Source: Kofleriaceae bacterium
GTDB taxonomy: Bacteria; Myxococcota_A; Polyangia; Haliangiales; Haliangiaceae
Assembly (NCBI GenBank): GCA_020633495.1
Contig: JACKDR010000001.1
Location: 246,105-310,104 of the forward strand
Length of the DNA stretch: 64,000 bases
Reading direction: 5' to 3'
Below the pieces are notes generated by a model. That model searched no databases, was not told the DNA's origin, and saw nothing but the letters and a program-made list of their open reading frames with translations. The translations under genes were made by a program, and so were the position numbers. Below, piece by piece: positions 29,104-38,839 of the stretch (positions are counted from its first letter, which is position 1; the number at the start of each line of letters is the position of its first letter).

Positions 29104-29157
29104 GACCGCCGCGACGGCGCGGTGGCGCGCCGCCGCGATCGCGCCAAGGTGGATGCC

Positions 29158-29583
29158 ATGCGCTACTTGCACACGATGATCCGGGTGCTCGACCTCGACG
29201 CCGCGCTGCGCTTCTTCGGCGACGGCCTCGGCCTGGTCGAGCTGCGCCGCCGCGACCACGAGGGCGGCCGGTTCACGCTGGTCTTCCTCGGCACCGAGGC
29301 CGACCCCGACGTGCCCCAGCTCGAGCTGACCCACAACTGGGACCAGCAGGAGCCGTACCCGGGCGGCCGCAACTTCGGCCACGTCGCCTACGAGGTCGAC
29401 GACATCTACGCCGCGTGCCAGCGCTTCATCGACCTGGGCTACCCGATCAGCCGGCCGCCGCGCGACGGCCGCATGGCGTTCGTCCGGTCGCCGGACCAGA
29501 TCTCGGTCGAGCTGCTGCAGCGCGGCGCCGCGCTGCCGCCGCGCGAGCCGTGGACCTCGATGCCCAACGTCGGCGAGTGGTAG
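29158..29583 (+). CDS. gloA: Lactoylglutathione lyase (glyoxalase I)
   Basis: [20 protein letters not shown]...ELTHNW...[17 protein letters not shown]...[10 protein letters not shown] aligns along its length with E. coli GloA (MRLLHTMLRVGDL...ELTYNW...GHIALSVDN...PDGYKIELIE). Confidence 0.85.
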   Translation: MRYLHTMIRVLDLDAALRFFGDGLGLVELRRRDHEGGRFTLVFLGTEADPDVPQLELTHNWDQQEPYPGGRNFGHVAYEVDDIYAACQRFIDLGYPISRPPRDGRMAFVRSPDQISVELLQRGAALPPREPWTSMPNVGEW

Positions 29584-29586
29584 CGG

Positions 29587-30063
29587 TCACGCCAGCGGCA
29601 GCGGCTGCGACGGCGCCGCCGGCGGCGTGACGCCGGCCTGATCGACGAGCTGGCCGGGGGCGCCGGCCTCGAGCGCGCGCCGGCTGGCGTCCGGGACCGG
29701 GCGCTTGCCGCCGGCGTCGGGATCGACCGCGACGTAGACGGTCTCGGCGGTGACCAGCGCCGCGCCGTCGGGCCAGCGCACGAACTCGGTGGCCAGCGTG
29801 AACGACGTCGTGCCGACCGCGACGGTGCGGACCCGGGCCTCGAGGACGTCGTCGAAGCGGGCCGGCGCGCGCCACTCGAGGACCTGGCGGACCAGGCGCC
29901 AGTCCATGCCCGCGGCCGCGGCGTCGACGCCGCCGAACACGGCGCGGGTGTACTCGGTGGCGGCGACGTCGACGTAGTCGCCCCAGCGGGCGTTGAACAC
30001 GATGTGCTGCGCGTCGCACTCGCCGTAGCGGACGCGGAGCAGGACCCGGAACGGTGCGCTCAC
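29587..30063 (-). CDS. Hotdog-fold acyl-CoA thioesterase (4HBT/YbgC-like)
   Basis: C-terminal end of ORF 29587..31143; a GTG at 30063 (VSAPFRVLLRVRYGECDAQHIVFNARWGDYVDVAATEY...) is the chosen start. The upstream part of the ORF is Gly/Asp/Arg junk. Confidence 0.55.
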   Translation of the reverse strand: MSAPFRVLLRVRYGECDAQHIVFNARWGDYVDVAATEYTRAVFGGVDAAAAGMDWRLVRQVLEWRAPARFDDVLEARVRTVAVGTTSFTLATEFVRWPDGAALVTAETVYVAVDPDAGGKRPVPDASRRALEAGAPGQLVDQAGVTPPAAPSQPLPLA

Positions 30064-30135
30064 CCCGTCATCGTACGCGGACTCGCGCACCGCCGAGCGG
30101 CGCGCTGCGGTACCATCGCCCGGCCTGGAGGGTCC

Positions 30136-31206
30136 ATGAAGCTCGCCGTCACGATCTGTCTCGCCGCCGCGCTGGTCGCCGCTCCCACCGCGGCCCGCGC
30201 CCAGGACGCCAAGAAGGGCGCCGCCGAGCTGCTGTTCAAGGATGGCCAGCAGCTGCTCGCCGACGGCAAGACCGCCGAGGCCTGCGGCAAGTTCGAGGAG
30301 AGCCAGCGCCTCGATCCCGCGATCGGCACGCTGCTCAACCTGGCCCGCTGCTACGAGCTCGACGGCCGGCTCGCCACCGCGTGGCAGACCTACCTGGCCG
30401 CCGAGAAGATGGCGCGGGTCGGCAAGGACAAGAAGCGGGCGAACGCGGCCAAGGACCTGGCCGGCAAGCTCGAGGGCCGGCTGCCCAAGCTGATCATCTC
30501 GGTCACCGACCGGCCGGCCGGGCTCGCGGTCCAGGACGGCGGCGTCGCGTTCGATCTCGGCCTGCTCGATCTGCCGGTGCCGGTCGATCCCGGGCCGCAT
30601 CGCATCGAGGCCACCGCGCCCGGCTACCAGCCGTTCACCACCGAGGTCGACCTGCCCGAGGGCCAGGCCGTCACCGTGACGGTGTCGCTGTCGAAGGCCG
30701 CCGAGGTCAAGGTCAAGGTCGAGCCGACGCTGACCACCGACACCACCAAGGGCGACGGCAAGGACGGCGGCAAGGACGCGCGCCCGCCGCCGCCCCCGCC
30801 CGACGACGACGACGACGAGATCATCGACGACGACGCCACCGCGGGATCGCCGGGCCGCGGCCGTCGCATCCTCGGCCTGTCGGTCGGCGCCGCCGGCGTC
30901 GTGGCGTTCGGCGCCGCGACCTACCTGGGGCTCGCCGCCAAGGGCGACTACGACGGCGCCTTCGACGACGGCCACTGCAACAACGACACCCTGGTCTGCG
31001 ACCCCACCGGCCAGCAGATCACCGACGACGCCCGCGGCAAGGCCAACGTCGCGACCATCATCGGCGGCGTCGGGCTGGCCGCGGCGGCCGCCGGCCTGGT
31101 CCTGTACCTGACCGCGCCGTCGGGCAGCGACGTCGCCGAGCACGCCTACGTCGTGCCGGTCGTCGGCGGCGACGCGATCGGCATCGCGTTCGGAGGTCGG
31201 CTGTGA
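30136..31206 (+). CDS. Secreted protein with TPR-like N-terminal region, PEGA-like domain and C-terminal membrane anchor
   Basis: ATG at 30136 with GGAGGG SD. Signal MKLAVTICLAAALVAAPTAARAQDA. PEGA-like block PGPHRIEATAPGYQPFTTEVDLPEGQAVTVTVSL. PPPPPPDDDDDEIIDDD linker. Hydrophobic C-terminal segment. Confidence 0.6.
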   Translation: MKLAVTICLAAALVAAPTAARAQDAKKGAAELLFKDGQQLLADGKTAEACGKFEESQRLDPAIGTLLNLARCYELDGRLATAWQTYLAAEKMARVGKDKKRANAAKDLAGKLEGRLPKLIISVTDRPAGLAVQDGGVAFDLGLLDLPVPVDPGPHRIEATAPGYQPFTTEVDLPEGQAVTVTVSLSKAAEVKVKVEPTLTTDTTKGDGKDGGKDARPPPPPPDDDDDEIIDDDATAGSPGRGRRILGLSVGAAGVVAFGAATYLGLAAKGDYDGAFDDGHCNNDTLVCDPTGQQITDDARGKANVATIIGGVGLAAAAAGLVLYLTAPSGSDVAEHAYVVPVVGGDAIGIAFGGRL

Positions 31207-31964
31207 ACCGCGCCCTGTGGATGACCACCCTGATCGTCGCGAGCGTGGCGATCGCCGCGGCCGCGGCAGGCTGCGCCCAGATCTTCGGGCTCGACGAGAC
31301 CCACTCCGGCACCGGCGATCCGATCGACGGCTCGGTCGACGGGCCGGCGGCGCCCGACGCCCGCACCGGCGTGTGCAGCCCGGTCCTGCAGGACGGCTGC
31401 GACTCGCCCAACGTCTGCGACATCGACTACGCCGCCGGTGGACCGGCGTACTGCCGCCTCGGCAACACCCGCCCGGCGCTGTCGCCGTGCGCCCAGAACG
31501 AGGACTGCGGCGGCGGCACGACCTGCGTCGGGGGCGCGTGCCGCAGCTTCTGCGACGCCTCGCACCCCTGCACGGGCTCCGAGAACGACTGCCACCTCGA
31601 CGACTACTCGGCCCAGATCTGCGACACGGTGTGCGATCTACGCGCGCCCGACACCGGCGGCTGTCCGTCCGGCATGCACTGCGCCCTGACCATTTCGCCG
31701 AGCAACCCGGACCAGTTCGGCGCGTTCTGCAACCCCGGCAGCGGCGGCACCCTCGGGATCGGGGCCGAGTGCTCGAGCAACCCCGAGGGCTGCCGCAACG
31801 GGGCGCTGTGCCTGTCGACCGACGGCACCAGCTTCACCTGCCTGCAGCTCTGCTACACCGACCTGGCCTCGAACTGCACCGCGCCGCAGCAGTGCCTGCC
31901 GCTCGGCTCGCAGACCGCCCAGGCCGAGTTCCACGGCCACTCGCTCGGCGCCTGCGCGCAGTAG
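31203..31964 (+). CDS. Cys-rich secreted lipoprotein (about 28 Cys in ~250 aa)
   Basis: GTG at 31203 overlaps the upstream stop (GTGA), with GGAGG six nt upstream. VNRALWMTTLIVASVAIAAAAAGC lipobox. Repeated C..C..C patterns (GVCSPVLQDGCDSPNVCD..., CRSFCDASHPCTGSENDCH...). Confidence 0.55.
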   Translation: MNRALWMTTLIVASVAIAAAAAGCAQIFGLDETHSGTGDPIDGSVDGPAAPDARTGVCSPVLQDGCDSPNVCDIDYAAGGPAYCRLGNTRPALSPCAQNEDCGGGTTCVGGACRSFCDASHPCTGSENDCHLDDYSAQICDTVCDLRAPDTGGCPSGMHCALTISPSNPDQFGAFCNPGSGGTLGIGAECSSNPEGCRNGALCLSTDGTSFTCLQLCYTDLASNCTAPQQCLPLGSQTAQAEFHGHSLGACAQ

Positions 31965-31993
31965 CCGCGCGACCGCGCGCTCCGGCGGCCGCG

Positions 31994-33512
31994 CTACTCG
32001 CGGCTGCCGAAGATGTCGTCGCCGCCGCCGGGCTTGGTCTTGGTCGTCTTGGTCGTCTTGGTCGTCTTGTGGGACGACTTGCTCGACGACTTGCTCGACG
32101 ACTTGCTCGACGAGCCGTCGTCGGTGGTCGCGGTCGCGGCCGCCGCGTCCGGCGCCACGCCGGCGTCGATCGCGACGGCGACCGCCGCCGCCGCGTCAGG
32201 CGGCGCCGCCGCGGTCTCGACCCCGGCGTCGACGGCCACCGCCGCCGCGGTTCCGGACGGCCCCTCGGGGCCCGGATCGGTGGCGCCGCTGCCCGGATCG
32301 CTCGCCGCCGGCGTCGACGCGCCCGCGCCGCCGCCGCCGCCCTTGCCGCCGCCGACCACGACCACCGTCGCCGCGATCGCGCCGCCGGCGACCACGACGG
32401 CGCCGATGATCAGCCCGAGCTTGCTCTTCTTCGGCGCGGCCATCGCGGTGCCGGTCATGACCTGCGCCGCGGTGCCGGTCACGCTGGACGGCCCGGGGTG
32501 GTACGACGGGTGCTGCGACGGCGGCGGCGTGTGGTAGCCGGGCACCGGCGTCGACGGCGACGACGGCATCGCCATCGTCGGCACGCTGGCGGCGCGCGCC
32601 ACGCCGGGGCGCACGCCCAGGGTCCGCGCGCAGCGCTCCGCGATCGCCGCCGCGGTCGCCGGATCGCTGGCGTACGGCACCAGCGCCGCCGCCAGCTCGG
32701 CGACGTTCTGGGTCCGCTGCTCGGGCTCCTTCTCGAGGCACCGCGCCACGACCACGTCGAGGCCGCCGGGCAGCGGCACCTGCAGCGGCGGCAGCGGATC
32801 CATCGCGACCTTGAGGCACATCTCGCTGAAGGCCTCGGACTCGAAGGGGCGGCGCCCGCCCAGGATCTCGTAGATCACGACCCCGAGCGACCACACGTCG
32901 GAGCGGGCGTCGACGGTGCGGGTCGAGCGCATCTGCTCCGGCGACATGTACGCCGGCGTGCCCATGACCGCCTGGGTCCGGGTCAGGCCGGCGTCGACGG
33001 TCATCGGCGCCTTGGAGATGCCGAAGTCGAGGACCTTGAGCAGCAGCGAGCCGTCGCGACGCCGGGTCACGAAGAAGTTCGACGGCTTGATGTCGCGATG
33101 GACGATGCCCAGCGAGTGCGCCTCGGCCAGGCCGTCGCACGCCTGCAGCATCAGGTCGGCGGCGACCGCGGGGTTGAACGGCCCGTAGTGGCGCAGCATC
33201 GCGCCCAGGTCGCCGCCGTCGAGGTACTCCATCACCATGTAGGGCGCGCCGTCGGGCAGCGTGCCGACGTCGATGACCCGGGCGACGTGCTCGCTCTTGA
33301 GCTTGACCGCCGCCTGGGCCTCGCGCAGGAAGCGCTGCACCACCTCGACGTTGCCGAGCACCTGCGGCAGCAGGAACTTGATGGCCACCGGCTGGTCGAG
33401 CTGGAGGTGGTGGGCCTTGGCGACCACGCCCATGCCGCCCTCGCCCAGCACGCTCTCGATCCGGTACTTGCCCAGCAGGATCGTGCCCGGGGCCGGCGCG
33501 CCGTGCGTCATC
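31994..33512 (-). CDS. Ser/Thr protein kinase with TM segment and low-complexity C-terminal tail
   Basis: Start MTHGAPAPGTILLGKYRI at 33512 with GGAGG SD. Hanks motifs GEGGMGVV, VAIK, HRDIKPSN, DFG, GTPAYMSPE. Tail SSSKSSSKSSSKSSHKTTKTTKTTKTKPGGG, from 12-bp tandem repeats near 32030..32110. Confidence 0.85.
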
Positions 33513-33601
33513 GAGAGACCTCCACCGGTTGACGCTAGCCGATGCGCCGCGGCGCGGCAACGGCCGCGGCGGCCGGGGTGGTACCGTCCCGCCAGCGTGT
33601 G

Positions 33602-34717
33602 ATGACCGACACCGCGCCCGCCACCGAGCTCGACCCCGGCGTCGAGCTGCTGCCCGACGTCCCCATCCCCGGCCCGGACGCCGACGCCCTCGGGCGCGGC
33701 CCGGTCGCGGCCCGCCTGGTCGAGCTGGCCTGCGCCCAGCCGGTCGAGCAGCCCCGGGTCGTGGCCCTCGTCGCCAGCGCCGGCGCCGGCAAGACCTCGG
33801 TGCTGCGCCTGGTCGCCGCGCGCCTCGACGGCCGGGGCGACTGCGGCGCGGTCCACCTCGACGCCGCCGACCACGCCACCGGCGAGGCCCTGCGCACCGC
33901 GCTGGTCGAGCAACTGCTGGCGTTCTTCACCGCCGCCGGCGTCGTCGAAGCCAAGGACGCGGTGCGCGACAAGCTGGCCAGGCACGGCACGGTGGTGTCG
34001 GGGGTGGCGCGGCTCGCCGGCGTCAAGGTCGACGTCGGCACCGCGCTGCGCCGGTCGTCGCAGGAGGCGGTCGACGAGATCGCCGGCCTGACCCACGCGG
34101 TCGGCCGCCGGCTCGCGATCGTGATCGACCACCTCGACCGGATGGCGATCGACGAGGTGGCCGCGGCGCTGGCAGCGCTGCGGCCCTACGCGACGCTGCC
34201 GTACGTCACGATCGTGCTCGCGATCGATCGCCGCGCCACGCGCCTCCGGCTCGCCGCCCGGGGCGGCGGCGAGGCGCTCGACCGGCTGGTCGGCGTCGAG
34301 CTCGCCGTGCCCCCGGCCGATCCGCGGCGGCTGGCGCGGCTGGTCGGCCGCGGCCTGGCCCGGGCCAGCAACCGCCTCGATCGCGACCTCGACGCCGCGC
34401 TCGCGCTGTTCGATCCCGACGGCGACGATCCCGTCGCGCTCGCGCTGCTCGACACCCCGCGGGACGCCCTGCGCGTGGTCAACGCGCTGACCGCCGCGCT
34501 GCCGCTGATCGCGCCTGACGTCGACCTGCGCGATGCCTGCCTCGAGCTCGTGCTACGGCTGCTGGTCCCCGAGCTCGACACGCCGCGCCTCGACGCTGAT
34601 CGCCGGCGCCACCCCGCCGGGCGCGCCGCGGCGCGCGCCGAGCTGATCCCGCTGGTCGCCGCCAGCCCGCGAGCCGCCGCCGCATGCCACGCGCTGCGCG
34701 CGCTGCTGGGAGGCTGA
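33602..34717 (+). CDS. KAP-family P-loop NTPase (soluble, no TM insertion)
   Basis: ATG at 33602 (MTDTAPATELD). KAP N-terminal signature DADALGRGPVAARLVELACAQPVEQPRVVALVASAGAGKTSVLRLV. Walker B-like LAIVIDHLDR. Stop lies 1 nt before the next gene's GTG. Confidence 0.65.
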   Translation: MTDTAPATELDPGVELLPDVPIPGPDADALGRGPVAARLVELACAQPVEQPRVVALVASAGAGKTSVLRLVAARLDGRGDCGAVHLDAADHATGEALRTALVEQLLAFFTAAGVVEAKDAVRDKLARHGTVVSGVARLAGVKVDVGTALRRSSQEAVDEIAGLTHAVGRRLAIVIDHLDRMAIDEVAAALAALRPYATLPYVTIVLAIDRRATRLRLAARGGGEALDRLVGVELAVPPADPRRLARLVGRGLARASNRLDRDLDAALALFDPDGDDPVALALLDTPRDALRVVNALTAALPLIAPDVDLRDACLELVLRLLVPELDTPRLDADRRRHPAGRAAARAELIPLVAASPRAAAACHALRALLGG

Positions 34718-34718
34718 G

Positions 34719-36370
34719 GTGGACGTCGCCGCCTTCAACCAGGCGAGCGCCCAGATCGCGCTCGGCATCCTGGCGCTGTGCGCCGCGATGTTCGCGCTGG
34801 CGTGGGCGCTCGACCGCCGCCCCGCCGACGGCCTGTTCGCGATCCAGGCGGTCGGCGCGGCGATCGCGTTCCCCGGCCTGCCGCTCGGCTTCGCCGCACC
34901 GTTCGGCCGGCTCGAGCTGCCGCTCAACCTCGCGGTCACCGCGCTGACCGCGGCCGGCGCGGTCGAGTTCACGCGCGTCCACCTCGGCCGCGCCGCGCCG
35001 CCGCGGCTGGTCCGGGCCGCGACCCTGGCCGCGCTCGTGCTGATCGCGGTGGTCACCGCGGCGGGACCGTCGACGCGGATCGCCGCCGCGACCTCGATGG
35101 TGGTGAGCTGGATGTGCATCGTCTACGCGATCGTCGCGCACCGTCCGTACCTGCGCGGGCCGCGCGCGGTCGACGCCTGGGTGCTCCTGGCGGCGTGGAA
35201 CCTGGTGGCGTTGGGCAGCGCGCCGCGCACGCTGCGCTTCCTCGACCTCGCCGACCTCGGCCACGGCATCGATCCGCTGCCGCTGGCGGCCGCGATGTTC
35301 GCCGCGCTGCACGCGTTCGTGCTGGTCGGCGAGCGGGTCCGCGCCCAGCGCACCGCCGAGGCGCTCGGCCACAGCCTCGGCCACAAGCTGGCCACGATCG
35401 AGGCCCAGGCCCGCGAGCTCGAGGCGCTCGACGCCGAGCTGCGACGCCAGATCCGCAAGCGCGCCGAGGACCTCGCCGCCGGCGCCGGTCGCCTGCTCGC
35501 CGCGCTGCGCGGCCCACCGCAGGGGCCGCCGGCGATCGGCGAGACGATCGACGGCCGCTACCGGCTCGAGGCGCTGCTCGGCAAGGGCGGCATGGGCGTG
35601 GTCTACGCCGCGCGCGCCGGCGACGTCGCGCCGGTCGCGCTCAAGCTCCTGCGCACGGTGCCGGACGCCGCCGACGCGGCACGGTTCGCCCGCGAGGCGC
35701 GCCTGGCCGCCCAGGTCCGCCACCCCAACGTCGTGCGGCTGCACGACCTCGGGCTCACCGACGACGGCCTGATGTTCCTGGTGCTCGAGCTGGTCGACGG
35801 CCCGTCGCTGGGCGAGCTGGCGCCGACGACCTCGCCAGCCCAGGCGCTGGCGATCGCGGGCGGCATCGCCGACGGCCTCGCCGCGATCCACGAGCTCGGC
35901 ATCGTCCATCGCGACCTGAAGCCGTCGAACGTGCTGGTCGCCCGCGGCGTCACGCCCAAGATCACCGACTTCGGGATCGCGGCGCTCGGCGACCGGCAGC
36001 GCCTGCTCGACACCCAGTCGACCGCGGCGTCGCAGCTGGCGGCGATCACGGACACCCGCGAGGCGCTGGGCACGCCGCTGTACATGGCGCCCGAGCAGGC
36101 GCGCCTCGGCGTCGAGCCGGCGACCTCGGCCGACGTCTTCGCGCTCGGGCTGGTGCTGTTCGAGCTGCTGGTCGGGCGCCGGGCGTTCACGGCGCCGCCG
36201 GTGTTCGCACCGGCCGAGCTCGACGCCAGCGCCCGCGACGAGCTCCGGGCGCGGGCCGGCGACGACGTCGCCGCGACGATCGTCGCGTGCCTGGCGCTGG
36301 CGCCGGCCGCGCGCCGACCGCGGCGCGGGTCGCCGAGCAGCTGGCCGCGGCCGCCGCGCGACGCGCCTGA
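34719..36370 (+). CDS. Membrane Ser/Thr protein kinase with N-terminal multi-TM sensor-like domain; apparent frameshift near 36310-36316
   Basis: GTG at 34719 (GGGAGG SD). Six or seven hydrophobic segments (FNQASAQIALGILALCAAMFALAWAL...). Coiled-coil linker. Kinase GKGGMGVVY...VALK...HRDLKPSN...DFG...GTPLYMAPE. The last ~20 aa (PTAARVAEQLAAAAARRA, stop 36368..36370) continue in the +2 frame of ORF 34778..36370. Confidence 0.7.
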
Positions 36371-36399
36371 CCGGGCGCGCCGCGCGATCCTCGTGGCGC

Positions 36400-38067
36400 T
36401 CAGGGCGCGGCGGCGAGGTCGCCGCGCACGACGACGAAGCCGTCGCGGCTCGACACGCCTGGGTTGGCGACCGTCGCGCCGGCGATCGTCGGCATCGGCA
36501 CGGCGCCGATGACGTCGTCGATCATCGGGCCCATCAGGCCGAACAGCGTGCCGACCAGATCCTCGAGCTGGGGCCCGGTGAACGGCGGCTGGTCGGCGGC
36601 CTGGGTCAGGACCTGGGCGAAGACCTCGGGCGCGCCCAGCGCCAGCCGGATGCGGTCGCCGGGCTCGGCGTCGAGCGTGGTCGCCAGCGACAGCGCGATC
36701 GTCGCGACCTCGACGCCGTCGGCGTCGCGGAGGTGGAGGATCGCGTCGCCGATCATGACCCGGAGCCCGCCCTCGGGCCCGACCGTGACCGTCGGCGGCA
36801 GCGCCATCGCGACGTCGACGCGGCGGGCGCGATCGCCGAGCACCAGCTGCAGCGGGTGGCCGCGCTCGAGATCGACGCCGAGGTCGAGCGCGCCGCTGGC
36901 CCACATGCCGGCGAACGCCTGGTTGAGGGTGTCGTCGGCGAGCGCGACGCCGAAGCCGCCGTCGGCGCCCATCATGCCGGCGCTGGCCCGCGCCGGGCTC
37001 GCCAGGTAGACCGCGCCGTCGCCGCCGGCGACGCCGAGCGTGCCGTCGAGCGCGACGAACGCGCCACCGGCGTCGATCGTCACGGTGGTGGGCCGGACCT
37101 GGACGCTGACGTCGCGGCCCAGCGCCGGGACCACGAACGCCCGCGAGGTGAGGTCGGCGAGCGTCGCCTCGACCAGGCCGGGGACCGCGTCGGCGATCGC
37201 GCCCTCGATGGCCTCCTCGACCTTGCGCTCGATCGTGCCCGAGAACAGGTCGAAGACGGCGTCGGGCACGCCGCTGGCGTCGACGTCGAGGTTGTCGATC
37301 TGGACCGACAGCCCGGCGATCGCGGCGTGGAGGTCACCGCCGGTGACGCCGAGCCCGAGGTCGCCGGTGACGCGGACCTGATCGGCGCGGACGGTGACGT
37401 GCGACGAGCCGCCCAGGCACGCCAGCTTGTAGTCGGCGCGCAGGTCGATGACGACGTCGTCGATGCGGACGCCGGTGGCCAGGGCGCCGGGCACCGGGGC
37501 CAGGCTGACCGCGACGTCGGACTTCTGCAGGTCGAGGAAGCTGACGTCGACGCCCAGGCAGCTGCCACCGGTCGAGTAGATCGGGTTGAGGGCGCGCGCG
37601 GTGGCGGCCAGGTCCATGCCGTCGACGGTGTCGCCGACGATCTCGCCGACGGTGTGCAGCGCGGCGGGGCCGACGCGGGCGGCCAGGGCGTCGCCGACCG
37701 GGGTCGCGACCGGCACCAGCTCGCCCGCCAGCACGGCGCGGACGTCGCGGGTCTGGTTGCCGGCGGCGTCGGTGGCCAGGGTCTCGATGACGTCGATGCC
37801 AGCGCCGACCTCGACCGTCGCCGCGAAGCTGCCGTCGGCGGCGACCGGTGCCTCGACGCCGGCGACGGTGACCCGCACCGTGCCGCCGTCGTCGCGGACC
37901 TGGCCGGTGACCGTGACCGTGGTGCCGTCGGCGATCGAGCCGCGCACCGGCGACGTCACCACCAGCTCCGGCGCGGTGTCGTCGCCGCCGGCGCAGGCGC
38001 CGAGCAGCGGGACCAGCGCGAGGGGCCACAGGAGGAGGCGGGCGGCGCGAGCGGCGGATCGGGGCAT
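36400..38067 (-). CDS. Hypothetical large secreted lipoprotein
   Basis: ORF 36400..38118; start MPRSAARAARLLLWPLALVPLLGAC (lipobox). 555 aa, no recognisable catalytic motif. Confidence 0.55.
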   Translation of the reverse strand: MPRSAARAARLLLWPLALVPLLGACAGGDDTAPELVVTSPVRGSIADGTTVTVTGQVRDDGGTVRVTVAGVEAPVAADGSFAATVEVGAGIDVIETLATDAAGNQTRDVRAVLAGELVPVATPVGDALAARVGPAALHTVGEIVGDTVDGMDLAATARALNPIYSTGGSCLGVDVSFLDLQKSDVAVSLAPVPGALATGVRIDDVVIDLRADYKLACLGGSSHVTVRADQVRVTGDLGLGVTGGDLHAAIAGLSVQIDNLDVDASGVPDAVFDLFSGTIERKVEEAIEGAIADAVPGLVEATLADLTSRAFVVPALGRDVSVQVRPTTVTIDAGGAFVALDGTLGVAGGDGAVYLASPARASAGMMGADGGFGVALADDTLNQAFAGMWASGALDLGVDLERGHPLQLVLGDRARRVDVAMALPPTVTVGPEGGLRVMIGDAILHLRDADGVEVATIALSLATTLDAEPGDRIRLALGAPEVFAQVLTQAADQPPFTGPQLEDLVGTLFGLMGPMIDDVIGAVPMPTIAGATVANPGVSSRDGFVVVRGDLAAAP

Positions 38068-38310
38068 GGGGCGACGAGTTGCAACCACGGTGCCCTGCCC
38101 GGCGTCCGCCCAGGCCACCGGAGTGGCTCGCTTTACGCGGTGCGCCGTGACGCAGCCGAGCTAGCCGCGGCCACCGCGGTGGTCAGGGACACGTGTCCCC
38201 AGCGTGCCCACCACGGTCCCCAGCGCCGGCGCGCGCGGCGGCGGAAGCGGACCCGAGGTTGGCGCGATCGGCCCTGGCCAGGCGGGCCCGGCCACGCGAT
38301 CGTGACCGCC

Positions 38311-38814
38311 ATGAGCGAGGCGTCCCCCCGTACCCGCACCGTGTCGTGGCAGGACCCGGCGATCGCGATCGCCGGCGTCGACGGCAGGACCGGCCTGGCG
38401 TTCCTGCGCGCGATCGTCGCCGGCGACCTGCCGCAGGCGCCGATCAGCGCCACCCTCGACTTCGCGCTGGTCGCCGCCGACGACGGCGCGGTGCGCTTCG
38501 CCGGCACGCCCGGCGAGAGCCAGTACAACCCGATGGGCACGGTGCACGGCGGCTGGGCCGCGACCCTGCTCGACTCGGCGATGGGCGCTGCGGTCATGAG
38601 CACCCTCGACGCCACCCAGGCCTACACGACCGCGCAGCTGTCGGTGCACCTGGTGCGGCCGATCACCGCCGCCACCGGCGAGGTGGTCGCCGAGGGCCGC
38701 GTCGTCAACCGCGGCAGCCGCCTGGCCACCGCGGAGGCGACGCTCGAGGACGGCGCCGGCCGCCTGCTGGCCCACGGCACCACGACCTGCGCGATCGTGC
38801 CGCGGCGCGCCTGA
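38311..38814 (+). CDS. PaaI/4HBT-family hotdog thioesterase
   Basis: C-terminal part of ORF 36733..38814; ATG at 38311 (MSEASPRTRTVSWQD...). Typical YNPMGTVHGGWAATLLDSAMGAAV...RGSRLATAEATL. Confidence 0.75.
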   Translation: MSEASPRTRTVSWQDPAIAIAGVDGRTGLAFLRAIVAGDLPQAPISATLDFALVAADDGAVRFAGTPGESQYNPMGTVHGGWAATLLDSAMGAAVMSTLDATQAYTTAQLSVHLVRPITAATGEVVAEGRVVNRGSRLATAEATLEDGAGRLLAHGTTTCAIVPRRA

Positions 38815-38839
38815 GCGCCCGCCACCGGCGCCGCGCGCC

